Shown here in pieces: positions 1 through 7,882 of a DNA stretch of 64,000 nucleotides. Position numbers and translations under genes: made by a program. The notes beneath the pieces are model-generated. The model was not told where the DNA came from, made no database searches, and was given only the letters and a program-made list of their open reading frames with translations. This stretch comes from a virus. The stretch covers positions 1 to 64,000 of IMG/VR virus record IMGVR_UViG_3300009181_000044; one strand, 5' to 3'. The stretch's first letter is position 1, and every line of letters starts with the position of its first letter.

Positions 1-95
1 ACCGCCACCGCCACCGCCCACTCAGCCACAGAATACAGCGGAAAAGATTGAGCGATTATTAACCGAACTAGAACTCTTAACTCAGCAATTACGAC

Positions 96-422
96 ATGAA
101 AACTCCAATGCAACTCCTACGGGAATTCGACCCAACACAACCGATTCCAGAACCCGTTCCACATAGCCAAAAAAATATACAGCGACTCCTAGACAAACTG
201 CAAGAGGAGTCAGCTGAAGTTATTCAAGCCATAAGCAAAGTCCGCAGATTTGGTGAACACAACCACCACCCAGATCGCAAAACCACTAATCACGAAGAAT
301 TCATTCAAGAAATAACAGATTTCCTGGCAATTGTTGCAGCCCTAGAACAACTAGAATATTGTAACTTAACTATACACCAACACTCCGTCTACCGGAAAAC
401 GCAAGCCTTAATCTCCTCATAA
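96..422 (+). CDS. MazG-like nucleotide pyrophosphohydrolase
   Basis: KLQEESAEVIQAISK...EEFIQEITDFLA matches the EExxE...ExxD helical MazG pattern. Confidence 0.7.
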   Translation: MKTPMQLLREFDPTQPIPEPVPHSQKNIQRLLDKLQEESAEVIQAISKVRRFGEHNHHPDRKTTNHEEFIQEITDFLAIVAALEQLEYCNLTIHQHSVYRKTQALISS

Positions 423-431
423 AAAATACGC

Positions 432-461
432 TTGTGCTTTATACAGTCGATATGATATAAT
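432..461 (+). promoter_or_regulatory. sigma70-type promoter
   Basis: TTGTGC...TGATATAAT (extended -10) with an A-rich upstream tract. Confidence 0.55.
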
Positions 462-481
462 TTAGTATAAATTGATAAAGT

Positions 482-625
482 TTAAGACTAGACACTTTGA
501 GTGGATTGCCTACAATCACGGAAATCTAGTGTGCTGGGAGGAGCTCGCGACTTACGGGGATCCAGTAACACACTAGAATTTGCGTAGATTTAGGGTCAAT
601 GCACAATCAAAGTAGACTAGTCTAA
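482..625 (+). ncRNA. long imperfect hairpin (5' leader or small RNA)
   Basis: Nested arms: AGACTAG/CTAGTCT, ACTTTGA/TCAAAGT, CTAGTGTG-CTGG/CCAG-CACACTAG. Confidence 0.5.
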
Positions 626-653
626 AGGTTTTGGGAAAACTACGTTTAAAAAA

Positions 654-1430
654 ATGCTACAATTAAGAAAACTAACTATAACTGAATTACCACTTAACTT
701 AATTGCTACAATGACGGAAACTGAATTGGAGGATTGGGCTGTAAAGAACCAACTCAATCGCATGGGATCGTGGCTCTTGCCCCAACTTGTGGCGGCTTTT
801 GGTTCGTGGCGACTCATCCTAGTTGACGGCAAACCAGATGTTAAACTGACCCTAAAGCACAACTGTGAGTCTAGTTTAGAAGCTCAGGCATACTGGCGGC
901 TAAGCCGAATTCCACGCACGTGCCTATTAACCAAGCAGGTAGCAATTCCAGAGTATGCTGTGTTAACTCCACTAATCCTAGCAGGATTTAAGCGTATGCA
1001 GGCAGTTGGCTATGCGTCATGGCAGGGTTTAGAAAATTTAAGCTATGTCATAGAACCCCGTCTCTTGGAGGCAGTTTGTGTTGATGTGCCTGACTTAGGG
1101 TCAGAGCGACTATTGGAGATTAGACAACAGGGGTTAACAACACGCAGTGGCAAAAGTGCAGGTCAACTAAAGTCAGCAGAAACTACTTGGAGCTTGAATG
1201 GAATATCGGACACTGAGTTGGGACATCTACCCAAATTAACACAATCCATATTAGCTCAAATCTGGCTGGCCCATCCGGTTCACAGAAGTGGGCTTATGAT
1301 TTTAGATCCGGGCAACTGGGATCACATGCCAGAACCACTAATTGCACCCACAATATTTAAACAACCCATTAAAGAATCTGAAGTAATAAACGCAAAAGAA
1401 ACAGCAAAAACACTACTACCGTGGATGTAA
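654..1430 (+). CDS. hypothetical phage protein (258 aa)
   Basis: Long ORF downstream of a promoter, abutting the next gene; no motif recognised. Confidence 0.75.
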   Translation: MLQLRKLTITELPLNLIATMTETELEDWAVKNQLNRMGSWLLPQLVAAFGSWRLILVDGKPDVKLTLKHNCESSLEAQAYWRLSRIPRTCLLTKQVAIPEYAVLTPLILAGFKRMQAVGYASWQGLENLSYVIEPRLLEAVCVDVPDLGSERLLEIRQQGLTTRSGKSAGQLKSAETTWSLNGISDTELGHLPKLTQSILAQIWLAHPVHRSGLMILDPGNWDHMPEPLIAPTIFKQPIKESEVINAKETAKTLLPWM

Positions 1431-1431
1431 G

Positions 1432-1749
1432 ATGAAATACAATAAAGAAATCACTGACCGTATTATAGCTGACTACAAGGCTAAGGTGCCAGTTCGAGAT
1501 ATAGCTAATGCAATTGACGTACCAGAACGCTCAATTATAGCAAAATTAAGCTCTTTAGGAGTTTACGAGAAAAAAACGTATGTTAATAAACGAGGTGAGC
1601 TGCCCGTAAAAAAATCCGAGCACATTGAACGCATAGCACAACTGCTTGAGGTCAATTCAGAGACCCTAGAATCGCTGGAAAAGGTAAATAAGGGAGTACT
1701 TAAGTTAATTGAACTTAAATTGACCAAATCTGACCCTAAACCAGAATAA
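1432..1749 (+). CDS. T5 A2-like DNA-binding protein, paralogue 1
   Basis: RSIIAKLSSLGVYEKK...LESLEKVNK aligns with the other three copies and with recalled T5 A2 (SVRSKL..AKAY..; LASLE). Confidence 0.65.
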   Translation: MKYNKEITDRIIADYKAKVPVRDIANAIDVPERSIIAKLSSLGVYEKKTYVNKRGELPVKKSEHIERIAQLLEVNSETLESLEKVNKGVLKLIELKLTKSDPKPE

Positions 1750-1767
1750 TTGCCCATAATTCGACAC

Positions 1768-1802
1768 AAGCCTACTTAATTTCGGTTAAGTAGGCTTTTT
1801 TG
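1768..1802 (+). terminator. intrinsic terminator
   Basis: AAGCCTACTTAA-TTTCGG-TTAAGTAGGCTT followed by a T run. Confidence 0.85.
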
Positions 1803-2009
1803 CGTCTGCTCTAATCAGGTCAAATCAGGCTATTTTGCGGCACCACTGCAATTGTTACGGTTTAGGGTCAGTAGAACTCAAAGGTTACACTTTAGGGTCA
1901 GAACAGGAACCTATGGGTAAAAATCAAGAATTTGCACTTGACAAGTTGAACACACACTGGTAAAATGGCGCAGGCACGTCGAAAATTTGCGATGTGGTTT
2001 ATTTTACGC

Positions 2010-2048
2010 AAAACAAAGCCCCCTCACCGCGACGTGTAGGGGGCTTTG
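2010..2048 (-). terminator. intrinsic terminator closing the RNA cluster
   Basis: Minus strand CAAAGCCCCCT...AGGGGGCTTTG followed by TTTT. Confidence 0.8.
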
Positions 2049-2066
2049 AACTCGCCAGTTTTTTAG

Positions 2067-2426
2067 TGGTTGTCTAAGTGCAGCTGCCAAGCCGCACACT
2101 GGTTTCCTCAGTGGTTCTCTAACAGGACTTCTGGAAGACGGTCTTCACGGCCTGACCCTAAACTGCACACTGCCTCACTGACGTTACTGTGAGCATACCG
2201 GTGGTTAGGGGAGTAATGCGCTACGCTTCCAACGCTTGCGCCCTTTTTAACGACTTAGGGTCGAGCCGGTTATATTGTTGCTCCCGCTCGGACTAAAGCA
2301 GGGACTAGCCTTGTAACGTGGACAATTACGACTGATTAGAGACCGCTGCAGTTTAGGGTCATTAACGCTACTGGGGGTTCCACCCAGATTACCTGACTCA
2401 TAGGTCAAGCTCTTAAGGTCTTAGAT
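2067..2426 (-). ncRNA. large structured RNA of unknown class, ending in CCA
   Basis: No ORF; 15-bp long-range helix 2347-2361/2153-2167; many hairpins with GNRA loops (GGAA, GCAA, GAAA) on the minus strand; 6-bp closing stem TCTAAG/CTTAGA then CAACCA. Confidence 0.6.
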
Positions 2427-2568
2427 GATAGCTGTATTTATAGAGTTCTTTCTCTTCTAGTTTTGTATTCACACTCATAGTGGAGTCGGGAGGAGTATAG
2501 ACTTTGCTCCGAGCCTAGGGTTACGTACTATTTACAAACTACCACAAGGGATTTATGTTTAGGTTCGG

Positions 2569-2666
2569 TTCCTGACCCTAAGCTGCGACTAGCGGTGTTG
2601 TAGTAACACGCACACTAGCTGCGATTGCTTGGGTTTCGCTAGACTTGCACTAGCTCATCAGAGGAA
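2569..2666 (-). ncRNA. hammerhead ribozyme (type I)
   Basis: TTCCT-CTGATGA-GCTAG(TGCAAGT)CTAGC-GAAA-CCCAAGC...GCTTAGGG-TC|AGGAA: full core, stems I-III paired, GUC cleavage triplet. Confidence 0.88.
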
Positions 2667-2668
2667 TA

Positions 2669-2738
2669 TGGTGGGCGGTGTGTAGCTTCTCACACCATCA
2701 AGTTGTTATCAGATTCGTAAATCTGTCGCATAACACCC
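2669..2738 (-). ncRNA. tRNA-sized CCA-ending non-tRNA RNA
   Basis: GGGTG/CGCCC-A-CCA closing stem; internal hairpins CAGATT-TACG-AATCTG and GGTGTG-N8-CACACC; no TTC T-loop. Confidence 0.6.
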
Positions 2739-2743
2739 AAAAC

Positions 2744-2818
2744 TGGTACTCGGCAGGAGAATCGAACTCCTCTTTCCGCCGTGAAAGGGCAGCGTCCTAA
2801 CCGATAGACGAGCCGAGC
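2744..2818 (-). tRNA. tRNA-Glu (TTC)
   Basis: GCTCGGC acceptor stem, anticodon arm CTGCC-CTTTCAC-GGCGG, T-loop GTTCGATTC, encoded CCA. Confidence 0.95.
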
Positions 2819-2918
2819 AGGATACTAAGGGCTGTGGCTCGGGTAATTTATTCCCCACAATTAAGACGCATAACGGATAAATCCCGTTTCCGCTGTCACC
2901 CTGAATTAATATATAATA

Positions 2919-2947
2919 ATTATAACGTAATCAAGCTCGGTAATCAA
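2919..2947 (-). promoter_or_regulatory. sigma70 promoter driving the RNA cluster
   Basis: TTGATT-N17-TATAAT on the minus strand. Confidence 0.75.
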
Positions 2948-3089
2948 GTAAAAATAAACAGTCGTTGTTATCAGAACTAACTTAGGTGAATTTAAAAAAA
3001 TTAATTAGGTTGACTAAGTGTTCATTAACAAACGGGCGGCCGGGTTTTCACGGTCATTCATTAAGCCCTTCCCGACTGTTTATAAATAA

Positions 3090-3118
3090 ATTATACAGCA
3101 AATAGGGTCGTCAATCAA
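3090..3118 (-). promoter_or_regulatory. second sigma70 promoter upstream of the RNA cluster
   Basis: TTGATT-N17-TATAAT on the minus strand. Confidence 0.7.
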
Positions 3119-3144
3119 GTGAAGATTTTCTGACCCTAAATTGC

Positions 3145-3453
3145 TCAAGGCAGGCGAGCTGCCAAGAGTTCGAGTGCTTCGTGGGTTGCCTTTTCCAGGC
3201 TTTCCAGCACTTCTTCACTAGCGCCCACTTTGTAGGCAATCAGGCTTACCAGCTGAGCCTTGGTCACGCGAGTGCCAGTAGCCTTGCTTTTGGCCTTGTA
3301 CACGCCTTCGCGGCTGAGCTTGGCCACGATGCTGCGGGTAGATTTGCCCAGTTGTAGGGCAAGGATTTCTACAGCCAAGCCTTGGCTGTAACCCTGCAAG
3401 AGTTCAGCCGTTTGTTCGGCGGTGTAGTTGGTTTTGGTAGCTTCAGTCATCAT
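3145..3453 (-). CDS. T5 A2-like protein, paralogue 2
   Basis: NYTAEQT...RSIVAKLSREGVY...LESLEKAT; AAAGGA RBS. Confidence 0.7.
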   Translation of the reverse strand: MMTEATKTNYTAEQTAELLQGYSQGLAVEILALQLGKSTRSIVAKLSREGVYKAKSKATGTRVTKAQLVSLIAYKVGASEEVLESLEKATHEALELLAARLP

Positions 3454-3499
3454 ATGTCCTTTTGGTTGGTTTCTGCGCTGTTAAAAGATTATTATACAA

Positions 3500-3634
3500 C
3501 TATTGCGGCACATCGTCAAATTCAAAAAACTTGTCGTGTACGTAGATAGTACCGAGATTTTTGGATAGCTCTGTCTCCACAAATTCTGCAAACCACTGCT
3601 CCTGGTTTAAGCTGAAAAATTCGTTGTCCGACAT
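3500..3634 (-). CDS. small acidic protein (44 aa, not in ORF track)
   Basis: AAGGA RBS; MSDNEFFSLNQEQWFAEFVETELSKNLGTIYVHDKFFEFDDVPQ; upstream TATAAT. Confidence 0.5.
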   Translation of the reverse strand: MSDNEFFSLNQEQWFAEFVETELSKNLGTIYVHDKFFEFDDVPQ

Positions 3635-3947
3635 TTGCCATTCCTTGTTATCATAAAATAAATTATACATAAATCAAAACTTTTTGGCAAATGTAAATTT
3701 TTTCGCTTGATTGCGCACTTGAATCGAAAATACACTTGACAACACTAGGTTTAGCACTGTATAATTTTGGCGCAGGTGACACGGTGATTTTTACACTTGC
3801 TTTCCCACTGGCGCAGCCGGTATACATGCTCGTTTTTACACTTGCTTTTCCACTGGCGCAGGGCATGCATGCCCTGTCGTACTAAAGTACCACAAAATCG
3901 CCGGCAAGTACTGAAAAAGTAGTACATCCGCAAAAATAGCCGCAAAC

Positions 3948-4009
3948 TGGCACAGAATCTGCTAATAGCAAGAATCGTGCCAGCCCCAGCGGCGCAAGAA
4001 GTATGCCAA
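3948..4009. promoter_or_regulatory. three sigma-54 (-24/-12) consensus sites
   Basis: TGGCACAGAATCTGCT (+, 3948), TGGCACGATTCTTGCT (-, 3967-3982), TGGCATACTTCTTGC (-, 3994-4008); all GG-N10-GC. Confidence 0.65.
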
Positions 4010-4265
4010 GTGGTAAGAAAACAACATCAGGGAAAACACCTACAAAATATTTCTTGACACGCGCCCCAAAATTGTGTTATAATTTTGGCGCCAATAACCC
4101 TACTGACTGTAGGGTTATTAAGCTAAAAAATAACCCTGCGCTGGGCAGGGTTACTAAAAATATGCTAGGGGGATTTTCACCCCCATGCCCGAATAAAAAA
4201 TCGGATATTAAAAATTATATGATAGCATATTTTTAAAAAGCCCCTGCTTTTGGCAGGGGCTGTAA

Positions 4266-4592
4266 TCAAATAGGTTTACTATTTGCCAAAGCGTCAAAAA
4301 TCGCTTTCAGTGCCGATTTATTGGCTTTTGTAAGACTTTCGATGTCATTTTCCGGCAAGCGGAGAATCGCACCGATAGCGTCTGCATGAGCGTCTTTTTT
4401 GACTACAGCTTCGCCCGTTTTGGAAACGTAAGTTTTAGCCACATAGACCTTTTCGCGTGACAATTTCGCCACAACGGAACGCACAGTTTTGCCCAAATTT
4501 TGGGCAATGGTTTCCACCGATACCCCTGAGGTATAATCGGCAATCATCGCAGAGGTTTGCTCTGGAGTGTAATTTACAACTTTCGCAGTCAT
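4266..4592 (-). CDS. T5 A2-like protein, paralogue 3
   Basis: KTVRSVVAKLSREKVYVAKTY; very similar to 9308-9631. Confidence 0.75.
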   Translation of the reverse strand: MTAKVVNYTPEQTSAMIADYTSGVSVETIAQNLGKTVRSVVAKLSREKVYVAKTYVSKTGEAVVKKDAHADAIGAILRLPENDIESLTKANKSALKAIFDALANSKPI

Positions 4593-4773
4593 TTTGCTTT
4601 CCTTTCATTTAAAAATAAATTATAACCCATAAACCAGAAAAAATCAAGTGTGTGCAAAAATACAACATAGGGGAAAACACCTATTGACAACCCCCAAAAT
4701 TATATGTTATAATTTTGGCGCAGCAAAGTAGTACTTTGGTTTCCAATTTTACTTGGAAACCAAAGTGTTACAA

Positions 4774-5448
4774 TCAGGCGAATTGTTCTAACAATTGTTC
4801 GCAGTGTAGCTGTACATCCAAAGTATCAACGCAATCTTTAAAATGCAGTAAAAATAACTCGGCATGATCGCCAGTAGTTATATGTGAGTGCCAAACCCCA
4901 GTATTAAAACTAAAGAAGTCACCATCACGAACATTTACAGATTCGGTAACCATTTCCTCACCCGAACCATTATCAAACAGATCAAAAATATGCTCGTCTG
5001 ACAATGCCAAATAGGGATTATTATCTGTATAATATTCAACTCCATGAAAATTCACAACTGCATCATTGTTACCTTTGATAAGCATACAAAGATTCATTGT
5101 GCTAGTGGTGTCATATATGTGACGATGTACACCCCAGTTTGCAACATAGTTTTTGCCTATGTAATAGTGCAAACCCATAGCATCCAACAATTCGATAAGC
5201 TCAGGGAAATTCTTCTCAATTTGAGACCATTCGACCTTTAGGGGTTTACCCTCTAAACCTTGGTCAAGCCTTACAATGGCATTTTCTTCGCCACCTTCGG
5301 CACAAATGCCCCAATAATCACAGTTAATGGCATTTTTATTTTTACCAAAAATATAACCTTCAACCAAGGTTAGCAAGCGTGACAACTCTTTTAAATTGTC
5401 ATCGGTTCTTTTAAATTTGACAAAATTATTGCCTACAGTTTTGATCAT
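4774..5448 (-). CDS. cupin / 2OG-Fe(II) oxygenase-like protein
   Basis: VHRH...NLCM...FNTGVWHS metal-binding jelly-roll pattern. Confidence 0.5.
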   Translation of the reverse strand: MIKTVGNNFVKFKRTDDNLKELSRLLTLVEGYIFGKNKNAINCDYWGICAEGGEENAIVRLDQGLEGKPLKVEWSQIEKNFPELIELLDAMGLHYYIGKNYVANWGVHRHIYDTTSTMNLCMLIKGNNDAVVNFHGVEYYTDNNPYLALSDEHIFDLFDNGSGEEMVTESVNVRDGDFFSFNTGVWHSHITTGDHAELFLLHFKDCVDTLDVQLHCEQLLEQFA

Positions 5449-5627
5449 TTTCGTTTCCTTCGTTTAAAATGAAATTATACCACAAAATCCAAAAAACACA
5501 CAAGTGTGCAAAAATACAACATCAGGGTTTATCCCCATTGACACCGGCTAAAATTATATGTTATAATTTTGGCGCAGCCCTGAAAACAAAAGTATTCAGT
5601 TTATTTCTAAACCGAAACCTTTTGTTT

Positions 5628-5840
5628 TCAGAAAAAGTTAAACAATCCGATTACGTTTGCAACAAAAAATGTACCATTAAGTACACCTAATGCTTTGTCC
5701 TTCTTTTGATAAGCAACCCACAACCAAGCAAGTGAGCCAAAAGTAAACAAAACATATCCAATTTGAAACATTTTGGTTGCAACGGCAAACGAACCAAAAA
5801 TACTAGTCAGAGTGCCGAACCAAGAAACAAAAGTAATCAT
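5628..5840 (-). CDS. small 3-TM membrane protein
   Basis: 70 aa with three hydrophobic segments. Confidence 0.65.
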   Translation of the reverse strand: MITFVSWFGTLTSIFGSFAVATKMFQIGYVLFTFGSLAWLWVAYQKKDKALGVLNGTFFVANVIGLFNFF

Positions 5841-5843
5841 TTA

Positions 5844-6197
5844 TTAAATCTCCATTGAGTGATATGCTTTAGCGGGTAAACCATATTTTACCATGATTTC
5901 AGACCATGTGCGCCCATGCCAGCGATTATTTTTTGGCAAGCCATGAAAAATATAATCAATTTGATGTGCAATTTCGTGTGGTAAAATAACATTAAGCATC
6001 TCAATTGAATGCTTTTGCATAAACTTCATGCCGAAATTAATACAATTGTTTTCAACCTCACAGTTAGCGGCAGTTACTGTAAACCTTTTGTTTGCAATAA
6101 TGACGGGTCGATCAATGCGAATCAATCGGGGATAGATTTCGCAAAATTCAAGCCATACCGAATCAGCTTTTTTGTTGATTGTTTTCATTGTGTCCAT
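5844..6197 (-). CDS. SprT-like zinc metalloprotease
   Basis: HEIAH...HGRTW motif; start uncertain (6197 or 6188). Confidence 0.8.
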   Translation of the reverse strand: MDTMKTINKKADSVWLEFCEIYPRLIRIDRPVIIANKRFTVTAANCEVENNCINFGMKFMQKHSIEMLNVILPHEIAHQIDYIFHGLPKNNRWHGRTWSEIMVKYGLPAKAYHSMEI

Positions 6198-6351
6198 GCC
6201 TGAATTATACATCAAAACCCCGTTGTTTTTTAATCACACACAAAAAATAAGTTATTAAATAATGCTTGACAAGCCCCAATTATATAATATATAATTGGCG
6301 CAGCCAGAAACGAAAGTATTACATTTCGTTTCTTTTTGAAAACCTGAGTTT

Positions 6352-6609
6352 TCAATTTTTCTTGGCTGGGCAAATTTTGTAGTACAAAATAATTGCAATA
6401 AAAATTAAGTTTGCGGCATAATTGAAAACCAAAGGTAACATCATGGTGGGAAAAACGAAAACAAAAGTAAACACCTCGCCAAAGCCCCACATAAGCAAAA
6501 ACCCCCATGTAAGCCCATCAGAGTTCTTATTTTGATAAGATTCGATAGCTTGTGGCAAGCCACAAAATGCCAACAAAATCGAACCAGCCCAACCAAAAAT
6601 TTCTAACAT
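6352..6609 (-). CDS. PQ-loop (SemiSWEET-like) membrane protein
   Basis: GWAGSILLAFCGLPQAIESY...GLTW, 3 TM segments. Confidence 0.8.
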   Translation of the reverse strand: MLEIFGWAGSILLAFCGLPQAIESYQNKNSDGLTWGFLLMWGFGEVFTFVFVFPTMMLPLVFNYAANLIFIAIILYYKICPAKKN

Positions 6610-6789
6610 AATTTCACCTATATAATTTTATCTACAGTCACGCACCGATTATAGGGCATCTCTGAATTGTCGTCAATATCATATCGTTTTTGTGTGTAAA
6701 AAAACAACAATAACAATATAACCCAATAAATGCGATATTTTGAAATAATAATCATTTTATTAATAATCGGGATTTCTCCCGATTATATT

Positions 6790-7488
6790 TTATTTTGCAA
6801 CAAAGTGGTTTTTAACCTGAAAATCTTGCCACGCATAAGGTTTGATATTATCAAGCCAATTGCGTTTTTTGATTATGTGCGAGAGAATGGGCAGTTCAAA
6901 ATCTCGGGCATCTTCTAATGCGGTATGCGGTTCAATAATAATATTATTATTAATAAAGCCACACACAATCTCAGCATTAGTTTTGAATGTCATATTGCCA
7001 TTTTTTGTGGCATTATTAAATTGGTGATTATCAAGCGCAAATTGTTTAAATGCTTTTTTATTGCAGATATTACCAACGCTCGCTTGCCAAAGGCAAAATC
7101 GAGAATTAAACCCTGATAAATCAATGCCAGTATTTGCACATTTTGACAAATCAAAAGCCAGATTATATGCAGTCAATGAGGGATTATATTTGCCAATGGC
7201 TTGATTAATCCATTTATTAATGGCATTAACTGAGGCGGACATTCTCGCCCCTGTTTCTAGCATGGCATTATATCCGGCTTTGCGTTTTTGCAAACCAGCA
7301 TAACCCCAAATATCATTTGCATTTTTATCATGGAATAATTCCATTGTGCTATAATGCCCGATTACCAAAACCGCACATTGATTGTAAATTTTACCATTAC
7401 GATCAACAATCACAATGGCAAAATCTGCCACAGTGTCATTAATGGTTGTCTCAGTGTCGAGAATTGCAAAAAATTGTTTTTTAGCCAT
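6790..7488 (-). CDS. DEDDh 3'-5' exonuclease
   Basis: DTET, AYNLAFD, HTALEDA motifs. Confidence 0.85.
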   Translation of the reverse strand: MAKKQFFAILDTETTINDTVADFAIVIVDRNGKIYNQCAVLVIGHYSTMELFHDKNANDIWGYAGLQKRKAGYNAMLETGARMSASVNAINKWINQAIGKYNPSLTAYNLAFDLSKCANTGIDLSGFNSRFCLWQASVGNICNKKAFKQFALDNHQFNNATKNGNMTFKTNAEIVCGFINNNIIIEPHTALEDARDFELPILSHIIKKRNWLDNIKPYAWQDFQVKNHFVAK

Positions 7489-7686
7489 TGTGTGCCATCG
7501 TGTTGTTGAAGTCCCAATTATACATCAAAAAACCGCCCCACGCACAAAAAATTTAAAAATATTTTTTTGTTGTATTTACGCAAATTAGGGGTTTACCCTA
7601 TTGACACGCGCCCAATTATACTAGTATAATTGGCGCAGCTAGAAACGAAAGTATTACATTTCGTTTCTTTTTGAAAACCTGAGTTT

Positions 7687-7881
7687 TCAAATTATGTGAA
7701 ATTTATCTTTGGGGGTTTCATCCCTTGCAAGTGAACAAATTATCACAGCTTGAAACCATCCGCAAAAATATAAACCAGCAATCCAAAGTAAACCGCCGTC
7801 TTCGTAAGCCCTTAGTCCACACAAAAGGGTTGTAACAGTAGTCAGAATAGTTAAAAAGATTTTGAAAACAGAAGTGTTCAT
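7687..7881 (-). CDS. small 2-TM membrane protein
   Basis: MNTSVFKIF... after AAGGA; two hydrophobic segments. Confidence 0.55.
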   Translation of the reverse strand: MNTSVFKIFLTILTTVTTLLCGLRAYEDGGLLWIAGLYFCGWFQAVIICSLARDETPKDKFHII

Positions 7882-7882
7882 T

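Larger units (their letters stand above)
589..3140. repeat. dispersed TGACCCTAAA/TTTAGGGTCA motif cluster
   Basis: Exact copies at 589, 847, 1731, 1861, 1891, 2153, 2352, 3131; variants at 1094, 1661, 2254, 2514, 2573, 3101. Confidence 0.85.

Noticed and set aside
2067-2426. tmRNA or RNase P RNA (similar size, CCA end)
   Set aside because: No GGGG 5' end, T-arm or tag ORF; no GAGGAAAGUCC P4 motif
2100-2570. Additional twister, hairpin or HDV-like (theta) ribozymes
   Set aside because: Partial motifs (GTTACAAG, AGAAGTC, CTCCTCCCG) lacked the required pairings on manual inspection
589-3140. Plant-type telomere repeat TTTAGGG
   Set aside because: Copies are dispersed, in both orientations and extended by TCA, never tandem
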